Part shown: positions 26,401 to 38,900 of the stretch, piece by piece
How positions within the stretch are numbered: the first letter of the stretch is position 1
How the letters are laid out: each line of letters starts with the position of its first letter
NCBI GenBank assembly: GCA_030141605.1
Contig: JAQGDQ010000425.1
Span: 62,001-126,000 of the forward strand
Direction of reading: 5' to 3'
Origin: Tubiluchus corallicola
Lineage: Eukaryota > Animalia > Priapulida
DNA: 64,000 nt
Made by a program: the position numbers and the translations under genes
Notes under the pieces: model-generated
What the model saw: the letters and a program-made list of their open reading frames with translations, nothing else
Told to the model about the DNA's origin: nothing
The model's database searches: none

Positions 26401-29400
26401 ATTAAACAAAAGGGATTTATAAATTAAATAACTCACCTTTTTCTGGTGAATTGACAGAGTGAGCGAGAATGACATATGGGTTACAGAAAGCGCCTTTGGT
26501 TACCAATGTTTGTTTACGATCTTCCGCACTCATTACATCATGCGTCTCTTGCAATAAAAAATGGCGGTTCTTCAAATACCGCTAAGAACGAAGTGATAAA
26601 AAATCAAAAGAAGCAAGTTTAGCAGTAAGTTTATAATAAAATAAATTGAATATTCGTAATGAGAGCAGGATCTAAGTTGTAAAAGTGATTTTATAGCGTG
26701 GGTTTAGTTTGAGTTTAAACTTTCATCAACACTTGCAGATCGTGTACATCAGTCGCAACTATAAAGACTACGTCGTGTCGTCTTACCATTTCTGGGGTTC
26801 TTTACTCTCCGCGGTCGGCAGTAAAACCAAAGTTCTCGAAACGACCACTGTGAAGGATTGGATGATGGTAAATTTTGACAAAACAGGTATTCTGGTTTTT
26901 ATTTTCGTTTCTATGAGACTTGAAATAGGTCTATGTGACTTATTACACCAAACTCAATACATTGCTTTGCAACAGAAGTATTATACAGTGCATGGAGGAT
27001 GCGAGGTCACTCTATTTCACGTAAGTCCGAACCACTGACGCTATCTAAAAGTCTATTATGAAGCATGGTTACAAATATCCGAAAACATGAAATGCACGTT
27101 TAAAGGGTATGTAACTTTAAGCCAGGGTTTCACTGGGGTCGCGAGAATCGCAAATTTTCCATCAGTGCAATAATCGCCAAAGTGTTTCCATGACTGTTTG
27201 CTGTGAAATTCGCATGATTTTTTAGGGCTTTTTTCTCGAGCGAAAATCGCGAGAATTTGACGCCCCTTCTGCAACACCTATGTGACAAGGTGAATGTTGC
27301 ACGACATTTGCGTAAGTATGTTGCGATCACTTCACGACAATTTCACCGAATTTTCAAAGAAACAAATGCGGGATAACCGAGGTACGCCATAACATCGCAA
27401 AATGGTCGAAAAATAGTTGTCAAGTAGTTGCAACGTTCTCAAAAAGGTGACTGAACTGTAATTCTCATAAAGGTAAATGAATAAGTATTTTTATCGAGGC
27501 TGGCAATTGTTTGGTGCATGTAAGGCTATTGTTGGACTGTTGGATTGTTGGGCATTTTAGGATAGTTGCAAAAGTCACAAACCCGCATGAAAGTCTGGCT
27601 TTAAAGTTTGTTCTTTTTTAATTGGAAATAAGAAACTGCACAAATAAATGCATTAAATTTTTCTATTTTCAATATCTACATTTTTCAGCTTGTTTTAAGA
27701 TTATTGTCATTTATGTAAAAATGTAAAATGTTTAAAAGGTTTTGTTAATAACAGTTCAGATTGTTCTGAATTAGAGTTAATGTTTTTTTACTGTTGACCC
27801 TTTCACTACGGAAGGCGGCACACAACCATATATGTTTTTCATGCAAGGAACGGAAGGTGGGTAGACTGTCGCCCAAGTTCAGCACTAAGCGCAGTCACCC
27901 AGGTCTGTTCATTGCTACGGCCATGCAAAACATTGCAGAAAAGTTTAACAGCCATGGGAATGGGGTTGCTTCGCAACAAGTAACGTTAACCAGCCAATCA
28001 GCATCTGAAGCCAGGTGCATTCTACAATACTGTACTGTGCGGTATGTTCCCACACAAAATCACTTGTAGATCATTGATGATACGTATGTTTAGTGGATTG
28101 TTCTGCCTTCTTATTAAATGATTGCATATTATGGATTAGTATTGCGTGTTTTATGAAAGCTGGTTTCTAAATATAAGTACGTGCTTATTTATGATGGTGT
28201 ACACGTGTGTGTGCGGTCGCATGCGTGGGTGCATGCATGTGCGTGCATGTGAGTGCATGCATGTGTGCTCATGTACATGTTATAGTTGTTAAAGTAAGAA
28301 TATTGGAAATGTGTTTTATGTATTTAAACACATTCCTACCTTTTGTTTCAGCTGCAAACAGTTGTGTGTATTAGTTGTTCACTTTGATAAGCAATTGAAA
28401 TTTAATTTTCATTTTGCCTACTATTACACAATTATTTGTAATATATCTGTGTACGTAATTAAAACACCTGTGCAAAATTTAAAAAAACAAACAAGTCATT
28501 GAAGACATTCTTGTATTTTTTCTCACAACACTTTACAATGGTATCACACAAAACTCCTTAAAAAACACTATATACCGGGTGTTCCGAAACTAACTGCACA
28601 CTAACAATTGTTATAAGCGTATTCACACTATGCATCATAAAAAGTCCAATATAAATGACGTGCAATCAAATAAATATAAATATATATGAAGTGCAATCAC
28701 TATTGGTACCATTATTCTGAAAAATAATAAATAACTTTTGTAAATGGTGTTTTTTGTAATAAACAAGTGAACATCACTCACTGCTATTGATATGTAGTCT
28801 CAGAGCAGATTGACATATCTACTTAGTGAAAATGAAATTTTTCTAACTTTATCATGCATTAAAATGATTTAAAAAAGTCTGTTAAAAGTTACATTGTATT
28901 TAATAATTGTCCTGGTTTATCATTGCCAAGTTATATTAGACTAGGGGTGTGCAAATTGCGGCCCGCGAAGAGATTTGTCAACCTAATGAAAGTGTGGCCC
29001 GGGCAATTAATTGAGTGTATCCAGCTTAAGTCCGTGCCACAATCCCAAAGATAGTGCTGGTAGTTTTTCTACTAGATCGGATGCCATTAACCCTTACAAG
29101 ACGGTTGTAGCTAAATAACACTGCACTACACAGACTGTGTGATACACATTACCAATATACATTTTAATGAATTTACCACTATCTGTCGTGAAAGGAGAAA
29201 TATATGGTTTGTAATATAAATTTTAATAACTTCTAAAATAATTTTTTGAGTGTAGTAGTAATGGTGTACGCAGGTCGGATGCAAAAAAATCGTTATTAGG
29301 CCTTTCTGTACTTGGCTCCTTGATCAAACTGCCTGTGGCCCGCAGGAATTGCGGGAAAGTTTAATGTGGCCTGACTAGTCAGATAATTTGCACACCCCTG

Positions 29401-32039
29401 TATTAGACTGACTATAACATTGTTAAATTTTTTTTATTTTAGCTATCTACTGGAGTTATTTCAGTCACACGGCTGCATTTTGGAAGCACAGGAATTGTGG
29501 ACATATTCTTTTTATTTTCTACGAGGATATGATTAAGGTAATCTGTCATGTACAGGGTGTTCGAAAAACAATGCTCTGGAAATACGCTGAAATATTGTTG
29601 ATCAAATCAAAAAGAAATGTGGTTGAATGTTAAATGGGAAGAAAATAGAATTTTAAAATATGTCTTAAAAAATTTCCATTCAAAGTTATATTATTTATAT
29701 TATATTTTTACTATTTGAAAGTCTTATGTAATTGGAGAAGAAAATTTTTAATAACTTCTAATGTCCGTGACACCTGGTAAAACTATCCCAGGGTGCACCA
29801 GTGATTCACCAAAAACACATTATTGATTTTATTTACAAGATAAACTAATTTATACTTTTGCTTAGTTAACGAATTGTGTACTACGAATGCTGTGATTATT
29901 TTTTCAAACCTTACACAAGTTTTTCTTGTATCAAACGACTTGTATTAAAATTGCCTTAACGGTTATTGTGGCAGTTTAAATTTAAAAGATTTATACAGTG
30001 TTACTGTAAATGCACTCACTGTGTGCATTAAGACAGTATATAAGTGATACAAAATTTCGAGACGAATTTTTTAAGCTTTATTTATGAAAAATGTTTTCTT
30101 GTGCTTTCTTTAAATCATATAGTAAAGAGATTTCTACTTTTCAGAATAACGGTGCCAATAGTGACTGCACTTTCTTGGTTGATGCACTTTTTATGACGCA
30201 TAGTGTTAATATGCTTATAACATTTGTTAGTGCACTATTTGTTTCGGAACACCCTGTATGTAGTGCTTTCACAGAAGTTTTGTGTGATACCATTGTAAAG
30301 ACTTGTGAGAAAAAATACTTGATTGTCTTCGATGACTTGTTTGTTTTCTAAATTTTGCACAGGTGTTTGAATTTTCTAAATCGCTACTTCTCAGGACTGT
30401 TCTTATTGGTTCCTGAACGGCGACTGTATGATTGTGGTTCTCATTTTCTTTTGCTATTTTTATAGTCTTAGACCGGACAGTCCTAGATGCAGAAAAACTG
30501 CTTATAAATCCTATTTTCTTCCCTGGGCTTCTCATCTTTGAAATTCTCTGATTCGCTGAGTCTGTCCATGTATCTTTTTCTTCTCATTTTTATCCTGCTC
30601 TCTTACTCTGAATGATGATTGGCTATGCTTGGGGAAATTTGGAGGATCTAAATGGAGCTGCCGGGAGTCAAACGTTTAATAATTCATTTTTTGTTCTTCA
30701 ATTTTTACGTAATTTCATTTTTTACTGACAGGACCCGTTTGCAGTCATAAGAAAAATAGCCAACTTTCTAGAAAGGCCGTTAACAGACGAACAACTTAGC
30801 AAGATTGTGGTGGAAACCAGTTTTGACAAGATGAAAGCAAATCCGTTGGCTCACATGGACTCAGTTCTGTCCAGTACCGGATTCAAGTCGGTCGACGATG
30901 TGCCGTTTATGCGTAAAGGTATTTAGGTTCCTGGAATGATTTCGCCAGTTTTGTTTTTAGACAAAATCAAAGTTACTGATTGGATTACAGTCGCTGTCTT
31001 AAAAAAATAACATCAACTATAGGATACCCTTAAAGGCACGACACACTGTCAACTTCAATTGCTCAACTAAAACTGACTGCAATTTTGATGTATACTAAAA
31101 TTAAAGCCAAAATAAAAAGCTGACAAAATTTGCTTAGATTAATTGGAAATGGTTGATGTTTCAACTTCATTTGAATTTGCATCATTAGCAGTTTAACTGA
31201 TTTTTACTGCTGCATTAGTATAAAATGATACATCTTTCAATTAATAGCAAGCAAGTTTCGCTGCCACAATATTATTAGTAATTTCCATTGCTAAAAAATA
31301 ACTACAAGTAAGCATTACATGTGACTTGAACCAACAATCTTTTGCTCGCTGTTGGGCATTCTTTACCTGGCTAAACTAGAATGCTAATCGAATGGCAAAA
31401 CAGTGTTTTCAGACTTGGGGCTTATAACTGCAGTTTTCCAGCCTATAATTTTATTTAAGTGTGAATATTCTACAACTATTTGTATTGTGCAAAGTGTTAA
31501 AAAGATTAGCAGAGCACTTTACAATGAATTATTCTAAGAAGTTTGTCTCAGCGATACGTAGAGTCATACTCGAATGCCTGTCTCGAACTAAAGAGAGAAT
31601 ACGTTTTTAACACTTTGCGAAATTCAACAGCTAAAATACTCAAATCAAATACAGCAGTATCATAAAAAGATAAACAAAATAATGAAGTAGTTTCAACAGT
31701 GTACATCTGTTAGTGATGGTTTTGAGAAAATAGAGGAAGGGAATTTATGGAGGTTAAGAAATCTTTTTTCCATCTCCTTATGTCAGGTTTTTCATTCAAG
31801 CCATGTTTTTAATATGACAACTACATTTTCCGGTGCCTTTTAATATCGACTTTAAAATTACTTTTGTGTTTTATGTTTTTAATGAAATGTGTTTTCACAT
31901 AAGCAGCGCCTGAAATTTTTTTATAGGAAAAGTCGGAGGCTGGAAGGAGCATTTTGATGATCAGATGAACAAAATGGTGGATGATTTGTGCAAAAAATAT
32001 TTTGAACCAATCGGGTTGAAGCACACTTACGAACTGTAA
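23488..32039 (+). CDS. Cytosolic sulfotransferase (SULT family) paralog A, 7 coding exons, 340 aa
   Basis: Exons 23488-23749, 24581-24686, 25918-26029, 26739-26886, 29443-29537, 30732-30918 and 31927-32039 splice in frame (1023 nt). 5'-PSB loop DDVFVVSYPKCGNTW, catalytic His in PRVFKSH, 3'-PB IVYISRNYKDYVVS, FYEDMIKDP, TSFDKMKANP, FMRKGKVGGWK. Confidence 0.94.
23810..23880 (+). mobile_element. 5S rRNA-derived (SINE3-like) head, degenerate
   Basis: GAAGTTAAGAAG..GGCTGGCCAGTGACTGGATGCGTGAACCGC resembles the 5S internal promoter (A box, IE, C box). A weaker similar tract lies at ~5975-6010. Not a full 5S gene. Confidence 0.4.
26240..26718. mobile_element. Dispersed repeat (probable TTAA-target MITE), copy 2
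   Basis: Homologous to 16720-17190. It ends about 20 bp upstream of the SULT-A exon 4 acceptor. Confidence 0.72.
28575..28725. mobile_element. One-ended fragment of a Tc1/mariner-type MITE
   Basis: Begins TA-CCGGGTGTTCCGAAAC and is the reverse complement of ~30135-30256. Confidence 0.7.
28942..29400. mobile_element. hAT (Charlie-like) MITE
   Basis: TIR TAGGGGTGTGCAAATT / AATTTGCACACCCCTG. Perfect 8-bp TSD TATTAGAC. Subterminal GGCCC repeats. Confidence 0.92.
29553..30256. mobile_element. Tc1/mariner-type MITE
   Basis: TA target on both sides. TIRs CAGGGTGTTCGAAAAAC and GTTTCGGAACACCCTG. Same terminal motif as 4979-5518. Confidence 0.82.
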
Positions 32040-32127
32040 TTAACATAGTTCACACACGATTGAATGAATGGATCTTAATTTTACAATCACAGACGCATTC
32101 TCTCTTCTGTTACTTTACAGTCTAAAT

Positions 32128-32839
32128 CAGTGGTTCCCAACCTTTTTTGACCCGTTCCCCCCTTTTGAAAGCTGCTAATTCTCGTTCCCCCTAGCTCACA
32201 AACAAAATGAAAAATGCATTTTTTTAATTCAATTTTTTTTAATTTCAACATTTTTTTATTCATGAATAATAATACAATCTGTGGTCACCACATTCAATGT
32301 GACTCTTGCTCTTGTTGAGAGGACACGATGGTCACCACATTCAATGTGACTCTTGCTCTTGTTGAGAGGACACGATGGTCACCACATTCAATGTGACTCT
32401 TGCTCTTGTTGGGAGGACACGATGGTCACCACATTCAATGTGACTCTTGCTCTTGTTGAGAGGACACGATGGTCACCACATTCAATGTGACTCTTGCTCT
32501 TGTTGAGAGGACACGATGGTCACCACATTCAATGTGACTCTTGCTCTTGTTGAGAGGACACGATGGTCACCACATTCAATGTGACTCTTGCTCTTGTTGA
32601 GAGGACACGATGGTCACCACATTCAATGTGACTCTTGCTCTTGTTGAGAGGACACGATTTTCTTGATGTCGGGGGTTGTGACTGAGAGTGCCCCTCTCAA
32701 ATCATGGCTCATATCTAATCAGTTGCGTGCTTCTGTTTTCACTACTGCCACGCTGTATTTTTATTTTTCCACCCATTCGTTCCCCCCCTGGATTCATTTC
32801 CCCCAAGAGAGGAATTCCCCCCTGATCTGAGTACCCCTG
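32128..32839 (-). mobile_element. Internally deleted hAT-Charlie element retaining the transposase C-terminus
   Basis: Termini CAGTGGTTCCCAA / GAGTACCCCTG, TSD GTCTAAAT / GTCTAAAC. The minus strand at ~32754-32623 reads SVAVVKTEARN*LDMSHDLRGALSVTTPDIKKIVSSQQEQESH*, the characteristic Charlie/Buster-type C-terminal end (K.K.RN.L...DLR..LS...P.I..L...Q...SH*). Confidence 0.85.
32283..32658. repeat. 47-bp tandem repeat, 8 near-identical copies
   Basis: Unit GGTCACCACATTCAATGTGACTCTTGCTCTTGTTGAGAGGACACGAT. One substitution in copy 3. Confidence 0.97.
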
Positions 32840-33538
32840 GTCTAAACCTTTTTTTAAATGCCCTGGTAAACGATGGTGATTCATTTTGTTCGAAATATTT
32901 TTGCAGAAAATGGTGCCCGTAGCCTAATGAATGTATTTGCTATAACCAAACATTATTGTTACTGAGTAACTGGTTGATGTTTCTACTATTTTAAGAAAAT
33001 CTTTACTCATAAAGTACCCAGAATGCTTATGTGTTATGGGGGGTGGAATAGATAAAATCAGTTTATACTGTTTTCAATGCACCCGTTTATCAGAGCTGTG
33101 TTATTTTTTCTGCACCTGTTTCTTATTGATTTTTTACTCAGCAAGTATTCCGCAGGTGGATAATAATGCACCTGTGAACACAAAACGCATTTGTTATAAT
33201 AACACGTAATGCATAGTCCTTCCGGATGCTAGGTAAACGCCACTTTAGGCTGAGAGAGAATAAATTTAACTGGAAATGTGAAGTTACCCAGACTAGAAAT
33301 TAAGCTCAACATTTCTGATATCCACTCTAAATGTTACTTTATTGTCACACTTTAATAAAGAAATTATCGCTTTTATGTTACATAAACAAGAAACTAGCTG
33401 TCGAGTTTTTGTCAGGGTCAAAACTGGATTTATAAGTATGTGTATGTGTTGCAGCTTCTGTAATACTTTTTTTGAATTAGTGGATTTTTTAGTGGAAATA
33501 CAGAAGTGTTTAGAAAGGATAATTCACGGGAGTTACTT

Positions 33539-34984
33539 CAGGGCTGTCTTAACAGCACCAACAGCTGGGCGGGTAGTGCACTGGGGCCTCTACCTACACA
33601 ACCACTCACAGGAATAAAAATGTAAATGTTCAATGAAATTAAACATTTACTTATTGTATTGGTACTTCCAACAAAATCGGTGTATGAACATTAGAAAACG
33701 TGCTACCAAAGATTATTCAACACAAGTGTTTGAACAATACAACGTGAAGCTTGAAAATAAAAATCTCAATATATAAATGATACTCCATTGATGAAAGATA
33801 CTGGCAGAGATGGTACAGTATGAAATCAGTATCAGTTATTTATTATTAACCAACTATTCTATAGAAATATTTTCAAAATAGCTTAGCAGAAAAAAATTAC
33901 TTTATAAATTGGATTGAAGTCAATGGTCTTCAGGATGTCATTTTTCATTGTTTTTTGTGAGTTTCAGTCTTGAAAATGAATGTCATTCTTCATTGATTTT
34001 TTGTGAGTTTCAGTCTTGAAAATGAATGTCATTTTTCATTGATTTTTGTGAGTTTCGGTCTTGAAAATGAATGTAATTTTTCATTGATTTTTTGTGAGTT
34101 TCGGTCTTGAAAATAAATGTCATTTTTTTATTGATTTTTTGTTGTGAGTTTTAGTCTTGAAAATGAATGTCATTCTTCATTGATTTTTTGTGAGTTTCAG
34201 TCTTGAAAATGAATGTCATTCTTCATTGATTTTTTGTAACTTTCGGTCTTGAAAATGAATGTCATTTTTCATTGATTTTTTGTAAGTTTCAGTCTTGAAA
34301 ATGAATGTCATTTTTCATTGATTTTTTGTGAGTTTCGGTCTTGAAAATGAATGTCATTTTTCATTGATTTTTTGTAAGTTTCAGTCTTGAAAATGAATGT
34401 CATTTTTCATTGATTTTTTGTGAGTTTCGGTCTTGAAAATGAATGTCATTTTTCATTGATTTTTTGTAAGTTTCAGTCTTGAAAATGAATGTCATTTTTC
34501 ATTGATTTTTTGTGAGTTTCGGTCTTGAAAATGAATGTCATTTTTCATTGATTTTTTGTAAGTTTCAGTCTTGAAAATGAATGTCATTTTTCATTGATTT
34601 TTTGTGAGTTTCGGTCTTGAAAATGAATGTCATTTTTCATTGATTTTTTGTGAGTTTCGGTCTTGAAAATGAATATCATTTGTCATTGATTTTTTGTGAG
34701 TTTCCATCTTGAAAATGAATGTCATTCTTCATTGATTTTTTGTGAGTTTTAGTCTTGAAAATGAATTTCATTTTTACAATTTTCAGTAGGAACCATGCAG
34801 TGCTTGTAATGCTCACAATGATTTAAAAGCCAATGTAACACAGTAACAAACATTTATAGTTTTGTATAGTAAAGCATTTATTTATTGACAGCAAGTTACA
34901 ACAAACACAGATTAGCACGGGGCCCCTGTGCTCTATCGGCCCCCGGGCAACTGCCCAGTTTGCCTATGCAGTAAGACGACCCTA
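33539..34984. mobile_element. Probable hAT (Tip100-like) non-autonomous element containing a satellite
   Basis: Termini CAGGGCTGTCTTAAC and GTAAGACGACCCTA are imperfect inverted repeats, with GC-rich GGGGCC/GGCCCC subterminal motifs. No convincing TSD. Confidence 0.55.
33935..34775. repeat. 46-bp minisatellite, ~18 copies
   Basis: Unit TCTTGAAAATGAATGTCATTTTTCATTGATTTTTTGTGAGTTTCGG, alternating with a GTAAGTTTCAG variant. Confidence 0.96.
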
Positions 34985-35908
34985 GCTGTTCTAACTAATG
35001 CATGTGTTTTAGTCTGTGTAATACAATTTCCTTTGAAACCTAAAGTTTTATTGGTGGGAATGGAAAAATATTTAGAAACGATAAGTTTCTTATTTACAAT
35101 TAACTTATATATAACAAACTTATATACAAATGTTCTTCAAAGCTAGTTAAGATCGTTATTATTTAACTAAGTAGTTCTTGCTTACACTTAGCTGCCAACG
35201 AAAAACATCAAAAGTGATTTGTTATACTAAATGCTAAACTTACTAAACAAAACATGAGAAATTCGTTAGATCCACCCTCTCGGGTCTTAGTATACTGATC
35301 CGCCCCATGAGTTCGTGATGTGCTGGACTGGTATCGTGACACTGTGGTCAGTTTGTGTTATACCTATCAGTAGGTTATGCAAACGTGTGTTGGTTCATAC
35401 ATTGACCTTTGGTGCTTATCTTGTCAAGAGTAAGTACATGGTCTATTTGGACATGGTCCACTGCACCATTCAAGGTCTGTACTGTCCATATTGTTGACTG
35501 CCTGTTTACCATAAGGTAAGACTCCTTACTTTTACAGTTTAATTTTTTATAATTTCTGTTTTAGTATATTCTGCTTAATATGCCTATGGTACTGCTAATA
35601 TTTTTAGATATTTATTTATTACTATTTTTAGATAAGTCATTAATAGAAACTGACATTTATGTACAAAATTCTTTTAATTAAAAATACTGAATGGAGTTTT
35701 GCCATTCGTATGCATCCTAAGGAAGTATAAAAGAAACAATTAAATAAAAGCATTTTTAGATACGTACTGAATGTATGTAAAACAATAATTCTTAAGTGAG
35801 AAACAAGTGATAATTGTGTCTGAATCTTTGTAAGGTAACAATGAAAATAGCTGAGTGGTCACGATATTGATTTTTTAAAGATTTTTTGCCAGGGAAAGGT
35901 GGGTAACC

Positions 35909-38900
35909 ATGGACTCTAACACCAAAGATCTCAACGATGTTGCCAGAAGAATCGCTGATAAGGTTAACATTGGCATGTCGAATCTACCCGATGGTGACCA
36001 CAGCAGCACGGCGACGACACTACAGGACGTCATGAAGTCTTACGTGTTCAAGGGCGTCCACTTTCCGAATCCTGCCATTCTGAATAACCCCAAGGGATTC
36101 TCGACGTTGGAATATCCGGAAACTAACTACAACATGCCGTGTCGGGAGGACGACGTGTTCGTTGCTTCCTATCCAAAGTGTGGTGAGTCAATGACCTAAT
36201 GTTTTCTAACACGTGATATGCTGACTCTTAGCTAAAAACATACTTTTAGGTCTTGCTAACTTGTAGAGAAACTTAGTTCATAGAGCGTGGTTCCCAGTTC
36301 TCATTTTAAAACTTTGAATTCAAATGTATGTACCATATTAATGTGTTTTTGTAGCACATTGCCTGCAAGTTATATTATAGGCAGTCGAAAATGAAATTTT
36401 GTGAGAAAAATTGCAAAGTCTGGCACATTGAGAATTCCAAAATTATTCTGTTATGTGAATAGCAGTCAAGTAAATTTAAAATTAAAATATGGTTGTACCG
36501 TAGTTGTAAACGAAAATGAAAAGTTAATGGTAAAGAACTCATTTAAAGATTTTAATATTACTGTTGTAGATTTTTGCAACAGCGTATATCATAATATAAT
36601 TACAAGAATACTGAAATGAATGGTTGTATGTGTACGTATCTAAAGAAAAATCATTTATGTATCAATTTTAATCACACAATAACAATAATAAATACAGTTT
36701 AAGTCAAATAAGTGCATATTACAAAATTAAATTTCTGTAGATGTTATTTTTCTATATCCCATTATATGTTTTACTAACATCCTTGTCTTTGTAAGCTGTA
36801 TATTTTTATTTGAAATAAACTCAAAATAATAATAATTATAATAATTAAGGTGGAACATTCAGTTTTACAGCAACCAGTTATTAGAAATATGGTAATTTTT
36901 TTCAGTAGACTGTCTCTCTAAACTGGCATGGAGTGTCCAACCTGTTTAACACTGTAACATTATATTATAATTCCTGGAGAATGTAACTTACATATTCCAG
37001 GCTTTGTTTCCCTATATCGTTTTTGGGATTTACAGGAAACACTTGGACTAGGGAAGTTGTTACACTCATAATGCACGATCCTGATGTATTGAGAGAAGAC
37101 AAGCGCAACATTGAAGTACGAGCGCCCGAAATCGGTCATCGGTGAGTACAGGGCTGTACAAAAAAGAAGCAATTTCACATTTTTACTGTGTAGTGTAAAG
37201 TGTAGATTGTAAGTATAGATCTTAAACAATAAAAGTTTTCCGTGGTCCTGGTTGTGTGACTGAGTGGTTTAGATGTCGGACTGCTACCAGGCAGTCTTGA
37301 GTTCGATTCTACTGGCTGCCAATGCCAGGACATATACTAACACATTATTCGTTATTTGTGTGTTGCGTTCTTATCTGCATTGTTGTAAGCGTAAGTTGGT
37401 GATAATGTCTGTTAAATAAGCGATGGTAAATAAATCTTGTCTTCTGTGGTATGCTGACATCGGCTAGGCAAGCTGTACTTATTCAAGCTAGTTTGAATGA
37501 ACACTGTAATGAACGTATTTGATGTGAGTAGGATGAAAGCTTACATTTGCCTTTTGTCGCTATTTTGTTGATTACAGCAATACAAAGGGTTTTACTGCAT
37601 ATTTTATTTATTTCAGTAGAAAAAAATGTATTTGTGCTATATGCCTATCTCAAAATATAATTATCAACTTGTAACTTATACCCAAGACCCGTTTATGCCA
37701 CAGATTCATTGTAAAAGCGAGTGACATGCTTTCCTGATAGTCTAGACACAGGTGAATAACAATTTTATGTCACATCGATGAAATTCAGTTCAAGTAAGAC
37801 GTTCTTCTGTTAATTTCAAGCGATGTGATCATTGTTCTCGTAGTTAACCATTGGAAAAGCATTGCCTTGCCACACGTCACTCATCCGAGAAGAATGACGT
37901 GCAAGAATGACAATTTTTTTGAATGTCACTTAGTCGTAGCAATGACCCCTGATAGTCTAAGCTGGGCTTTAGTTTTAGATTATAAGGCCATACTTGAAAC
38001 TTTGTGCTTCTTAAACTGTATTTGACGATCATGACTTTGAATGAACGGCATTCCGTATATTTCAGCTGGAAAGGTTATGACTATGTTCCTTATGAAGAAA
38101 TGAAGTCACCGAGGGTTTTCAAGACACACTACCCTCTACATTGCTTCCCCAAAGAAGCCATTGAGAAAAAGTGTAAGGTGAGTGTGATGAATGAAAGAGC
38201 AGTCAAGATAGGATGAACGAGATAAGTAACACTTGGATAAACTTCCTTTTCCGACTTTTTGAGTAATGCTGTAGATAAATTCCCTTTCCGACTTTGACTT
38301 CTGCAGGAAATCACCCTTTCCATCGTAAGTACGTACAAAAGGGCAGTACTAAAAAAATAATATGAAAAAACAGTACAGCGATACTAGTAATTGCTATTGT
38401 TAATTCTGGATATGCTGTTAAGGTGAAAGTTCAGGCCATTATGAGTTGCTAATTGATGAAAAGTAGGTGACATTTGCAGCTGAATTGGTTTTCCATTTAC
38501 CCTTTTCAAGCAAATAATTATTACCTCTTTCTGAATAAGATATCAGTTTCCAAATTAATTGACGTTAGTAATTTTGTTGCCTTTACTGTTTTTGTATTAC
38601 GGATTTCATGTTGTTTATTCTAGTTCTGTGTGTGAATAGCACAATAATTACAGCTTTGGTAATTATCGATTTTTGCTTAGATAGTGTACATTAGTCGCAA
38701 TTTTAAAGACTACGCTGTGTCGGCCTACCATTTCTGGGGTGGTTTGCTGGCACCAGACGGGAAGACTAAAGTTGTGCAAGGAAACATGAGAGATTTGATG
38801 GTGTCAACTGCAGGTAGTTCAGGTAGGTCGTCGTTGATTCCCCATATTGCCCAGAAAAATTGTCACGATTTCCGCAATAAAGGAAAGCTGAAAATAATAC

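Noticed and set aside
32283-32658. CRISPR-like array (47-bp repeat with an internal hairpin)
   Set aside because: Units are head-to-tail with no unique spacers, there are no cas genes and the context is eukaryotic. The same applies to the 29-, 46- and 62-bp arrays.
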